Assembly: GCA_951406725.2 (NCBI GenBank) | Contig: OX597816.1 | Coordinates: forward strand, 153,016,001-153,080,000 | Direction: 5' to 3' | Origin: Octopus vulgaris | Taxonomy: Eukaryota | Length of the DNA: 64,000 nt | In this document: positions 1 through 11,551 of the stretch, one piece after another | How the letters are laid out: every line of letters starts with the position of its first letter | Numbering within the stretch: the first letter of the stretch is position 1 | Position numbers and translations under genes: made by a program | Notes under the pieces: model-generated | Told to the model about the DNA's origin: nothing | The model's input: the letters and a program-made list of their open reading frames with translations, nothing else | Database searches by the model: none

Positions 1-669
1 GTTCACCCATTTCGACACAGTGCAACTCACTGCTGCCGCCACCTCCACCACCACTAGCACATCACTATGTTATTCACTAGTAAGTACATACCACCACTCC
101 GACACTACAAAATACATTCTATCACCATTATTCTTGTTCCCAAGTCGGACATACCGTTAGAACACTAACCAACGGCCATCAACTCTACAGCTGTACCCAT
201 TTTTTTAATTAATGACTTGTATGGGGCGAGGTATTTCCTTATGCAACCACAATATACTATATAGTATATTAAAAACTTTTTATAAGTTAATACTGTGTTC
301 TATTATGTAAGCAGTGCGCTTAACGTCGTTTATTAAGGTTATCTCTACAGATATTCTGTAGAAATTATAACCAGCACTGACCTTTGCTACGACCTTTCGT
401 ATTCGAGATATCTGACGCCTTGGATACGAAACGTCGTAACAAAATCAGTGCTGGCTATAATTTCTTATATAACCACTTATTGTAATAACTTAGGCGAGAA
501 AAAGACGATATCCATAACCTTTTTTAACTCTTCCAATACTTGTGGGAGAAAAGCAAGAAGTTCTTCTATAAAAAACCTGGTTCGAATCCCAAGGGTCCGG
601 TGTTTGTATTCAAATAGAAGAAGGATCAAGTCTATCACACAAGATTTGGTACAGTCGACTTCGCCTGGT

Positions 670-800
670 TCAGTTTCTGTCTGCCGAACTTTACTTATAA
701 ATATTTGGCTGATCTGAACTATGGCATAAAATACTTGTCTAAAGTACCTCGCAGTGGGGTCGAACGAATCCAAAGCACACAGCTACGAAGACACACCTAT
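670..800 (-). mobile_element. Degenerate tRNA-derived SINE head (same family as 25436-25815)
   Basis: Minus strand gttcgaccccactgcgaggtactttagacaagtatttt...ggcagacagaaactg aligns by eye to the better-preserved SINE copies in the window. Confidence 0.6.
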
Positions 801-910
801 GTCACAGCAATACCTGTCCCATCAATATACCAACGTATAATATAGGTAGCTATGCACTTTATACTGTTATCTGACTCAAAGTGGGTGAGGTCACTTGATG
901 ATAGAAATCT

Positions 911-1052
911 CAATTTATCCAGATGTTGATGTACCGCTCACGGCGGCGTTGGAGAGAGTAGAGTTTCAAGGCTTTAAGGTGGTCCCAATAATCGAGATCA
1001 GTTATGCCTTCAATTCGTTTAATGAGTCCTCTCTGGGGTGATTCAATCCTTG
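911..1052 (-). mobile_element. CR1-group LINE RT C-terminal fragment
   Basis: Translates as IESPQRGLIKRIEGITDLDYWDHLKALKLYSLQRRRERYI; nearly identical to the plus-strand fragment at 2074-2180. Confidence 0.85.
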
Positions 1053-1256
1053 AGATGTTTATATATATATATATATATAAAACTACTCCCATCCAACATG
1101 GATGCGATTACCAACATTGTTAAGTGAATCGCTTGGAAAATGTGAACCATACCGCAAGATACCGTTGGTAGCACTATTAATCCACAAAGAATATTTATTC
1201 ATCAAATGCGGTGTTTTGCACTCATTCTCACTGTTCCATACTATCGTTTACATATA

Positions 1257-1298
<42 letters not shown>

Positions 1299-1743
1299 TG
1301 TGTACCTACATGCACAAATATACGCACACGTATGTGTGTGTGAGCGAGTTTGTGCGAGTGTGTGTGCATTGGCAGGTTTACTTTGACTTACTTTAGATTT
1401 GCAACCTGAAAAGCTTTTGAAGTGGAACCGTTACTGCTTAGTAACTAACGGTATTCTCTTTCAGCCACACGAGTTTATTTAATTCTCAAATTCAACAGTT
1501 AAGGGTTTGAAAATCCAGAATGTACAGGAAAAATTATATTTTAGGCAGCAGAGAGCCTTAACACAGACACCTGATCTTTTAGAAATAACTGTCAAATATC
1601 CTTCAAATCATACAGTCGTCATGAGCAAGCAGAACACAAGGAATAATGTGATTCTAGATTGTGGTGTTCCTGAAAAAAAGGACGGTCGCGGCTGGAATTC
1701 CTTAGACCATACGTTTGCCATGTCAGTACTGACCTGTTGTTTA

Positions 1744-1810
1744 AACTTAGATATACTTAGATATGTTTCGACCAAAGATTAGTCCAGGCCATGTCTAACT
1801 CAACAGCACC
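1744..1810 (-). mobile_element. Isolated 3' tail of the same LINE
   Basis: Reverse complement of about 2534-2590 (ggtgct...gttagacatg.cctgga..aatctttggtcgaaacatatctaagt). Confidence 0.8.
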
Positions 1811-1860
1811 TATATATATAAACATCTCGACAGAGGGCACTCACTAAACAAATTGAAGAA

Positions 1861-2061
1861 TTCAAGTAAACAAAACGATCGTCAATTATATCGTGCACCT
1901 ACCAAATATGATGATGAAGCGAACCTGTACACACTTAATATGCATACCTCTTGTGGTCAGAATTTCGACTGAGGAGGCTATCATTTATCGAAATGGGTAC
2001 ACTATTAGCAGTCCAATTTGCTGGGGAAAACGAGTTAAAATAGATATCTATATAATAATCT
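1861..2061. repeat. About 200-bp segment, inverted copy of 4060-4260
   Basis: 5 mismatches in about 201 bp to the reverse complement of 4060-4260; flanked by a 16-bp direct repeat. Confidence 0.9.
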
Positions 2062-2073
2062 ATTTCTTTCTCA

Positions 2074-2590
2074 ACTAAACGAATTGAAGGCATGACTGAT
2101 CTCGATTATTGGGACCGCCTTAAAGCCTTGAAACTCTACTTTCTCCAGCGCCACCGCGAGCGGTACATTATTTGAACGATGTGGAGAGTATACCGCCAGC
2201 ATTGCCCAAACGACCTGAACATTAGTTTCAAGGTTCATCCAAGGCTGGGACCACGGGCCATACGTCCCCTGCCCAATTCAGGATCACAGCATATAGGTAC
2301 ACTGCGACATAATTTCTTTTCCTCAACAGGCCCTGCCCTGTTTAACATTATCCCGAAAGAGATCAAAGAGGGAAAGGATCCCATCGCCTTTAAACGGAGT
2401 CTGGACAGATTTCTTCAAGGTATACCGGATAAGCCACCCATACCTGGATACAACTCAATTAACAAGAACTCACTACTTGAATGGACCATAAACAAAACTT
2501 GACTTAAACAGGATTTAGATAATCCTATCAGGTGGTGCTATTAAGTTAGACATGACCTGGACCAATCTTTGGTCGAAACATATCTAAGTT
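2074..2590 (+). mobile_element. 5'-truncated CR1-group LINE 3' end (ORF2 C-terminus and 3' UTR)
   Basis: KRIEGMTDLDYWDRLKALKLY.LQRHRERYII, an in-frame stop, then ...GPALFNIIPKEIKE...FKRSLDRFLQGIPDKPPIPGY...NSLLEW, a typical CR1-type ORF2 end. Confidence 0.85.
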
Positions 2591-2601
2591 TATGTGTGTG
2601 T

Positions 2602-2632
<31 letters not shown>

Positions 2633-2647
2633 ACTGTATGCAAAGCA

Positions 2648-2729
2648 GTCATCGTGGCCGAGTGTTTAAGGCGATGGACTAGAAATCCATTGGGGTCTCC
2701 ACACGTAGGTTCGAATCCTACCGATGACG
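2648..2729 (+). tRNA. tRNA-Ser(AGA), possibly impaired variant or pseudogene
   Basis: 82 nt. Acceptor GTCATCG/CGATGAC plus discriminator G, anticodon arm ATGGA-CTAGAAA-TCCAT, long variable arm, T arm GTAGG-TTCGAAT-CCTAC, followed by TTTT terminator. D-loop has GT instead of the invariant GG. Confidence 0.9.
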
Positions 2730-4059
2730 CTTTTCTTTTTATAAAGCGTGCCCCAGAAGGGCCGCGGTCTAGTGACTGAAAGTAATGGATAAAATTATAT
2801 ATTTGTGTGCGTATATGTGTAAGCCACACAAATTATTCACAGTACTCTACCTGTTTTATTTATGCTGAATGAATTATTCATTCTCTTCTACATCACTCTA
2901 TTTCTCGCTTTCTCTTTCTCTGTGTATGTGTGTGTGTTTGTGACTTTATCTCTGTGAGTGGGTGAGAGTAAAGCATTGTCACCCCTTCCAAAAGATGTGT
3001 TCCAAACACCCACCCACCCACATAAAACCACTTTTTTACATTCCGTCCCGAAAACCTGGGAACTCGTATATATTAGTCACACGAAAGGTTCAAAAAGTCC
3101 AAAACAGAATGATAATGGGTTTTTTTTTAATTTTAATTTTTTTATTTTTACTTCATGGTGGTAATTTCTAAATTAAAATTTAAAAACATTTCATCAAAGG
3201 TATTCTGGCACGCCTATTTAAAACAAAATACAAAGCGAACAGTTTTCACGATTTTCGTACAAACTAACGACGTAAGTTGTTAGAATCGTGGGAAATACAG
3301 ATTAAATATCCATTATATAAAATTAATTGCTATCCTCTCCATTCTCAGTTCAAATCCCACCGAAAATGGCACTGCGTTTAATCACTCTTATGATTTCTCA
3401 TAGGGATGGCCCATAAATAGCATCACCAAAACTGTATCTCAATGACCAGACTTATACATGAACTGTAAAAATTACAGTTTCAGTTAGATGCTATTCCTAT
3501 ACAAAGCTCAAGTTAAATTCACATTAACCAAGGCGATGCCTTTGCTACACATACACAGACAACTAACTAATACTGTATGCAGAATAAGATCATCTTACTG
3601 ATACTGAGTCACCAAAAGCTCTCTGCTCTTAGTTAAAATCCCAATACCGTTGACAATGCATATGTTCATTCATCATCAGCTACAACCATTGGCTTCTTCC
3701 AGAATAACAACGGCCTCTGCTCTTCTGAACCAGCGAATTCAACAGCTCTTCTTACCCAGGTACACCTACTTTTCTATAGCTCAACTGTGTCTATGCTCCC
3801 AAATTAAAACTAAACGCATTCTTCTAATCTCTTCTAATGACTCGAGTGTGTTATGAACTCACATTATTCTCTCGTACTTCACTTCTACCTTCAGCTGACC
3901 GCGTGACCATTTGGCCTTAGCGTATTAACATTAATCACTTTTCTCTATATCTTCCTCTTTTCTTTCTTCACTCCTCTCTCTCTCACTCTTACTCCACCTC
4001 TCACTCACTCCACCCCCACCTCTCTAACTAACTAATGAATAACGGGCGAACGAACCAGC

Positions 4060-4260
4060 AGATTATTATATAGATATCTATTTTAACTCGTTTTCCCCAG
4101 CCAATTGGACTGCTAATAGTGTACCCATTTCGATAAATGACAGCCTCCTCAGTCGAAATTCTGACCACAAGAGGTATGCATATTAAGTGTGTACAGGTTC
4201 GCTTCATCATCGTATTTGGTTGGTGCACGATATAACTGACGATCGTTTTGTTTACTTGAA
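4060..4260. repeat. About 200-bp segment, inverted copy of 1861-2061
   Basis: Direct comparison of the two copies. Confidence 0.9.
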
Positions 4261-4587
4261 ATGTTGATTTCTAATATAATACAACGACTCTAGATAAAAA
4301 GTTAACCGACCCTCGATTAAATTAAATTATAGCTTTTTCCGCAACAACTTCTTGTTGTGGACACCATTTTGGTACTGAACAATGATTCTTTAAGTTTCAG
4401 TGGGTGGAACCCGTCTTGTTTATTTGTTGTTGATTTAATCATTTATTTATTAAATGAAAGAAAAAGGAGATTTGTTAATAGGTTATGCGAATGCGTGTGG
4501 GGGTTAAAAAAAGGTCTCCAACCACAAACGTATAAAAGATGATTTATTATTAAATCATCTTTTATACAGCACAACTGGGAGGGTCTT

Positions 4588-4661
<74 letters not shown>

Positions 4662-4687
4662 CATACATACATACATACATACATACA

Positions 4688-4718
<31 letters not shown>

Positions 4719-4720
4719 GT
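4588..4720. repeat. (TA)n/(TACA)n microsatellite
   Basis: Visible simple repeat. Confidence 0.95.
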
Positions 4721-4946
4721 GAGTGTGTGTATTCTAAAACTAAATTGTTTGTTTTGAAGACGTTGTAGTTAAATAAACAGTAGAAAATTGCTCTCATTCA
4801 GAATTGATAGTGCTGTCGAAGGTAAGAAAGGGTATGTGTACGTAGGAGAGAGAATTGGATTGAAAGAGAGATTGCGTATAATTTGTAAGAATGATTTAGT
4901 GTCATTCGTAAGAGAAAACGGGGAGATAAAGCTAGAAAAAAAAGGA

Positions 4947-4978
<32 letters not shown>

Positions 4979-5406
4979 AGGAAAGAAAGAAAGAAAGAAA
5001 AAGAGGTAATGCGCTGGAATGAATGGGCAAATGAGATTGTAACGATGTTAGAAATATGTATGAAAGAAACAAACAAAAAGAGAAATGGAAAAGACAGAAG
5101 TGGAGAATTACTGTTTGGGAGAAGAAATGTGGATATATGTATGTGTGCCAGTTGCGAGTTTGTGGGGTGGGGGAAGAATATAAAAAACAAAAAGAAACGT
5201 ATATTGAAGTGGATTGAAGAACATGGAAGGACAGACTGACAAAGAGATGGGAGGAACAACGAAAAACGAATAAGGAGAGTGATATATAGACTAAGAAATA
5301 GGCTTTGATTGTAGGTATAACTTATATTGGTTACATTGTGAATGTTGGTCTGGACTTATACATTTTTCATGCAGAAGGCACCCCCGAGAAATGTTCTAGT
5401 CCCCGG

Positions 5407-5464
<58 letters not shown>
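5407..5464. repeat. (TAGA)n microsatellite
   Basis: Visible simple repeat. Confidence 0.95.
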
Positions 5465-5519
5465 TTACAGTTAAGTTAATTATCTGCTTATCACTCTTAA
5501 TTTACAAGGACTGCATAAA

Positions 5520-5920
5520 ACGTTAAAGAAGTGCTACTTTATAGGTGCGAATCCTGAGACACTACTGAGGCTACAATCAAGAAAGTGCTGATCTTCACGA
5601 ACGATTACTTAGGAAGAATCCTTTGGTAACACTGTTAGCTGGTGAAGAATCCGTCAACTCTTTGCTAAACAATGAATAAATTGAAGCAGCCGGGAATGGT
5701 TTTGACATACATTACACAAACCATTAAATAACATTACAAGGCAGCCCTTTCATGGAATTTTCAAAGGAAATGGTTGATAAAAAAGTACTTTGTACAGAGC
5801 CCTACAGGTGAATGTCAAAGAGGCGAAGGACTTCTGGGATGGCCCAGAAAAGGAAAAGGCAGAGAATTTTTGTAAGTGACCTGCGTCACAGGACAATGAC
5901 TAAAGAAGAGGAATATCACT
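5520..5920 (+). mobile_element. Highly decayed RTE-type LINE RT C-terminal fossil
   Basis: LLYRCES*DTTEATIKKVLIFTNDYLGRILW resembles the RTE motif LLYGCETW...F.N.CLRRIL. Confidence 0.55.
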
Positions 5921-6337
5921 GATAGATTCATCTTTGCAATCGTACCTTCCATAACCCATTGGGACATTGGGAACCATTAAAACCGTTCATTCTTATATAG
6001 GTGGTCCTACTAGAGTCCATCCTTCTTTAAGTGATAATGATTGCATTAATTCAGTACTGAAGGTTAACGAAACCTCCGTTACTTTTACAATATCTTATTT
6101 CTTCTACAGACCGTCGTGGCTTACCTGGATCAGTGCACTAACCAAGGGAGCTTCTCTATAAACAAATGGAGAAAAGTCCGTCAACTTACAAGTAATAGCA
6201 AGCAAATCTCCCTTAAATCACACTATATAATCCATAAAAAGGTGGAATGCTCGCAGCTAAAATACTTTTGACAAAAGATCTGCTAAATCAGAGCTTAAAT
6301 GGTATTAAACAGCAACAATAGCAGCAGCAACAACAGT

Positions 6338-6725
6338 GGAGGCGCAATGGCCCAATGGTTAGGGCTGCGGACTCGCGGTCGGAGGATCGCGGTTTCGATT
6401 CCCAGACCGGGCGTTGTATGTGTTTATTGAGCGAAAACACCTAAAGCTCTACGAGGCTCCGGCAGGGGGGGGGGGGGGCGACCCCCTGCTGTCCTCTTTC
6501 GCTCCAACTTTCTCTCACTCTTTCTTCCTGTTTCTTGTCCCCGACTTCCTACGCAACCGCTGAGCCTGGATGCGCATTCATCCATCCGTCGATGCTCTCG
6601 GTGTCGGGGGTTGACCTGCTTTCTCTTCTGCGGGTCTTACGAATAGCAAAGGACCACGTTTCGGACTTATCCCATGTTGCGAGCTCTGGTACGAAGACCG
6701 TTCGCTCAACAGCAGCAACAACAAC
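6338..6725 (+). mobile_element. tRNA(Arg)-like-headed SINE with (CAA)n tail
   Basis: A box tggcccaatgg, TCG anticodon-like loop (ggactcgcggtc), B box gtttcgattccc; CpG-rich body; CAA/CAG repeats at both ends. Confidence 0.85.
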
Positions 6726-7247
6726 TATGACAGTGCTTATCAATCTTCTGTCGTTCAGTGAATGAGAAACGCCGTGATATTTGTCATACCTGTTCAAAGT
6801 TTGATGAACCCAAACGTTGAAGGTTGCAATGACCACAAAACTAACATAGCATCATTGACAAGATACAAACTACCGATCTCTTTGATTGGTTTTTTGGCAT
6901 TCTGTCGACTCGTCCAAATCGTTTCTCCAATCATACAGTGCTCTATTACTAGCTTCACAGTATTGTTTAGGCGTGTTTTGTAATTCAGCAATAAATGAAT
7001 AATTGCATATATGATCGCTGATTATTGTAATACATAGAGAGGTTTATTTATCGCTACAAGCAATATATTGTTTCGGCAGCAGACAGTTGAATGACAACGG
7101 CCAAGCTCACCTTACTGTATGAGGTTTTTCATGGGTAGGATTATTAACTACTGAAAGCAAAAACGGCGTAATAGACTGAGCCGATATATCGTTACTGATT
7201 TGATTCCTCTCGTCATAAAGTTACCCGTGATAAAGTAGCGTTATACT

Positions 7248-7324
7248 GAAAGAAAGAAAGAAAGAAAGAAAGAAAAATGAATGAATGAATGAATGAATGA
7301 ATGAATGAATGAATGAATGAATGA
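7248..7324. repeat. (GAAA)n/(GAAT)n microsatellite
   Basis: Visible simple repeat. Confidence 0.95.
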
Positions 7325-8059
7325 AAGGAAGAAAGAGAATAGGGAATGAGTTATTTCATATATTAAATACTGCTAAAAACCTGATCGTCGTAATCATCAC
7401 AGTATTAACAAACGTCGGTAATTTATACATTTTCAGCGAGCCAGTTTTGGAAATTCTAGGGGTCGCTGGTTAGAAGTAGCAGCGAAAAAATCCCTCAAGT
7501 ATCACGGTTGAAATGCTTTTCATCGAAGGTCTGTCTTGTTAGAAGTGATTTAGTGCCCAAACAACACTTTCTGATTGATGAACAAACTCAGCGAAAATTA
7601 AGTAGCGTGGATATGGAAACAGTGCCGTGTTGATGACGGAAACAACCAGCTGAAGTACCATCAAATATACAGAGGAAATAAAATGCGATACCTTGACTCT
7701 CATACTTCTGCTAAGACTTTTAATGTAATGAATAAAATGGCTTTAAATAAAGAACCAGCATTTAGTAACAGAGGAACCCTCAAAGTATTTTTAACATGAT
7801 ACCAAACTGTCAGTTACTTATACTATTTATAATACTAGTAAAATATCTGGTATCGGACTTTGTTCACTGCAGTAAATCGACAACAGCACCTTACACCGCA
7901 ACTGTAAGATGGAGTAAAATGCAACTAGAACCCTCGAGATTGCTACAAATACTAGGGTTCACCATAACTAAAGACCCCCTCCTGATGAATTCACATCCTC
8001 AGCAAAACCAAAACTGCATGCTTGTGATGCAGTTTTAGATATGCTGAGATAAATAAGTT

Positions 8060-8420
8060 GCTGTTCAAATCCAGAAAAAACATCAGACCATCACGACTAT
8101 TTGCTCTTTAATAATATGGTAAGATCCACAGACTGCTCCCACTGTTAGCGGCGCTGCTGACATATAAACTGACATCCAAGACCACGTCCAATGAAAGGCC
8201 ACTCAACTGGGATGATGTTACTCATCAAACACGCCAAACAGCGGCTCACAAACATTGTCTCATCTTTCGGCCTTTTCCACCTCTTCAACAGTAAGTTGTG
8301 CTCCTCGGATTTGGCTCATCACGTACTATACCAACCCAGGCTTTCCCAGTTCCACCTCCCATCCCGTCTTTTTACCCATATTGTGTCCACTTCCCTCCCC
8401 AGACCCAGCACCAACGTTAC
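8060..8420 (+). mobile_element. Decayed CR1/L2-type LINE RT C-terminal fossil
   Basis: DIQDHVQ*KATQL...SSFGLFHLFNSKLCSSDLAHHV resembles the LDRVQRKA...SLSLFYRYF.G.CSSEL motif. Confidence 0.55.
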
Positions 8421-9749
8421 CTACGCTGATCTCACCTCTCTCAAGTGGAAGATGGGGTGTAAAAAGCTTTAGGCAACGATTACACAAGCCAACAATGAAG
8501 CCTCTACACACTATAAATTGTAGCAGTTCTGAATACTTTACCTAAAAATATGATAGGATGGTCGTGGGTGGAACTCCCTGATCATAGATCTGCTTAATAA
8601 GAACTAATATGAGGGTAAACAAAAACTGTAAGTAACTAGAATATTGTAGAGTTAAAGAATGGTTCAGAAGTTTGCGACGCTAGAACCAAGTTAACCTGCA
8701 TTGGAGGCACTTACCATAGCTTTCAATAAGAAATCCAGTTTTCGTTGTTGTAAGGGAAATAACTGGAATAAAAAATCTTGGCTTATGTCCCTTGAAGCAT
8801 TATTGCCGAGAAAAGAAATATACGAGTCAAAATTTAGAATGCCGATCTGAAATGACAAAAATTAGTCAATAAAATTTTCTGAATTCACTATAGCCACATT
8901 TAAATCTGAATTGTATTCAGTTTTGTGAAGTAAAATACCAGAATTGACCTAATAAGCTGCTATTCCATACATAACAAAATTTTTTCCTTCATTACTTTCT
9001 AATAACAACATTCGTGCAGGAGTATATCATATTATGCTATACCATTGCATGCATTTCTTTCTCCTTATAAAATTTACAAATTTAGTAATAGTTGTTTTTA
9101 ATTTAGACATAAGGCCAGCAATTCTGAGGTTACGGGGCAAGTCGATACCGCTGATTCGAGTACATGACGGGTACTAATTTCCTCGTCCCTCTGGAGTTCC
9201 TGAAAGGCAAATTTAAGCTCGGTATGATTCAAACTCAGAAGATAAGAGAGTCCGAATAAATGCTGTGAAATTTTTCTTTCTTTTCGTTTTCGTTTTCGTT
9301 TTCTTTTTTTTTATATCCTGATAATTCTGCCAACATTACTAACATCATGTATTAGTTTGAATTATAATAATACACTGTAAAATCCTACAAGTTTTTAAAC
9401 TTTCTACTTCCTTCAGGATGAAGTATTTTCTTTATTGCATCTGTTCAACAAATGCTTTCGAAAACAAATTTCTGTTAAATAAAGACATTCATCAATATCA
9501 ATTTATTTGCGTGGTTAATTATATTTCAATGCAGTACCACAATTACTTCCCTTTAATACTCACGGGAGGTAAGTATTGCGGAATTATTAAAAAAGTTATT
9601 CTTTTATCATCATTGTAACGGCATAACCTTAATAATAACTTCATAAACTCTGATCATGTTGCTTGAGATACACCAACACATTATATTTCTATCATTTTTC
9701 TATTTTCGTCTAAATACAAAAAGCAAATATATATATATATATATATAGC

Positions 9750-10075
9750 AATAATAAATCTCTGAACGAGATGTAGACAGTAACCGCTCGACAACGTAAA
9801 GTATACTAGCCATCTCAATATGGCTAACCACTAACAACGTAAAGTATACTAACCACTCAATATGGCTAACCACTGGGTGTTACTGTAGCTTTTAGCCCCA
9901 GGAGATCATCGTCTCCAGCTGGCTTTAGGCACACTTTCTGTGCCCTTATGGTATTTGCAAAGGGAGGTCATCCCTCTTTCGTAGACCAAAGCGATACGCA
10001 CGGACTGCAGTTTCGAGGTAATTTGTCTCTTGTCAACGTAAGGTAATCACCGGTTTACGATGAAAGGAAGACCTG
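9750..10075 (-). mobile_element. Retrozyme-like unit (diverged relative of the 25861-27103 array)
   Basis: Contains an HHR-like fold and blocks shared with the array unit (aatatggc, ttagc.cc..gag..catcg, aagggaggtca); internal tandem duplication of about 42 bp at 9791-9873. Confidence 0.7.
9979..10060 (-). ncRNA. Extended type-I hammerhead ribozyme, U3:A8 core variant (two stem mismatches)
   Basis: GGUGAU-UAC-CUUACG-UUGACAA-GAGA-CAAAUUA-CCUC-GAAA-CUGCAG-UC^CGUGCG-U-AUCGCU. Confidence 0.7.
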
Positions 10076-10193
10076 TTTGCAAATACCTATGGGTTTTTCT
10101 AGTAACTTCCGTCACGTTTATATATACGTTTATGAATTTGTGTTGCCTGATGTGAAACCGTGTATTGAAACAGTTGAAACAGATGCATTTTTT

Positions 10194-10546
10194 GTTTTGC
10201 TAAATAAACACACACACTATATATTTGTTCCTCACTCGTTTATTACTGTTCTTATTCTAACTCATGTCTAATTGTCCGGAAATCTTTCGCTACACATCTG
10301 TGACCTCTTTAGCGACACTTTCCGTCTCCGTATGTACTCTTGCTCCGCTTATTCCATTCTCTTGTGACTCTGTGAGAATGGAATAAGCTCAACAAGAGCA
10401 CACACGAAGGCGGAAAGTGTCGGTGAAGAGGTCACAGATGTGTAGCGAAAGATTTCCAGACAATGGACATGTGTTAGAATAAGAACAGTAATAAACGAGT
10501 GAATAACGAATATATAGAGCGTGTGTTTATTTAGCAAAAAGAAATG
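10194..10546. repeat. Fold-back inverted repeat (arms about 170 bp, 12-nt loop) with degenerate HHR-like motif
   Basis: 10194-10361 is the reverse complement of 10374-10546. Confidence 0.85.
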
Positions 10547-10593
10547 ACCGTCCCGAAATGCAACAATATATGTATATATATATTTTTTTTTTT

Positions 10594-10931
10594 GTGACCC
10601 CCTTCGATCAGACACTGACCATGGGCTTGCACCTAGAGAGTTACCCTCTGAGCCACAAGTCTGGGCAAGGTTGTTTTTATGGAAGACCAGCAGTCGCCCA
10701 TGCATACCGGCCTCCCCTCTCCACGTCACCAGTGTTATCCAAGGGAAAGGCAAGGGCCGATACAGCTTGGCACCTGTGACGTCGCAACTCATTTCTACAG
10801 CTGAGTGAACTGGAGCAACGTGAAATAAAGCATCTTGCTCATGAACACAACACGCAGCCCAGTCTGGGAATCGAGCTCACAACCTCACGATCGTAAGCTC
10901 GACGCTCTAACCACTGAACCACGCACCTTCA
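10594..10931 (-). mobile_element. tRNA-derived SINE
   Basis: Minus-strand head gtggttcagtggttagagcg...gctcgattccc, then the gagcaagatgctttatttcacgttgctccagttcactcagctg core. Confidence 0.85.
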
Positions 10932-10955
10932 CACACACCTTCACACACACCTTAT

Positions 10956-11054
<99 letters not shown>

Positions 11055-11423
11055 GATGTCGGGCGCGAAAATACCTTAAGCTAAGCCTGAAAGCAATGAA
11101 GTCATAAAAGAATCATCCATAACTTGCAGTAAGCAACATTTATTAAAATAAAAGTATTCTGAACACAGAATAACATGTAACAAAAACAATTTGCAGACAT
11201 ATTTACATTCCATTATAACAGTTAAAAACATCACCATTATTGTATTACGCATGCGCGGAAGTGTTTGTTCGACTAGGTGCTGCTGGTTTAATTACGCACG
11301 ACTCGACTCAAGTTAGAGAAGGGATACGTATTATACAAAAGGTTTAGATTTTTCAGAGGTACAGACCCCTAAAAATCCCCTGCGTATTATACTCAAGGGC
11401 GGACTATATTCGAGGATTTACGG

Positions 11424-11458
<35 letters not shown>

Positions 11459-11551
11459 ATGGGTCTTATATTTGTGTGTGTGTGTGTATGTGCGTGCGCG
11501 CGCGCGCGCGAGTGTGTGTGTGTGTGCGCGCGCGTGTATGTGTGTGTGTGC

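Noticed and set aside
477-773. 98-aa ORF on the minus strand
   Set aside because: Overlaps a decayed SINE head; no recognisable domain or splice context.
1893-2078. Near-identical ORFs here and at 4028-4228
   Set aside because: By-product of the 200-bp inverted duplication; non-ATG starts and no protein features.
4555-5259. ORFs over microsatellites (also at about 1.2, 11, 31 and 34 kb)
   Set aside because: Low-complexity translation artefacts.
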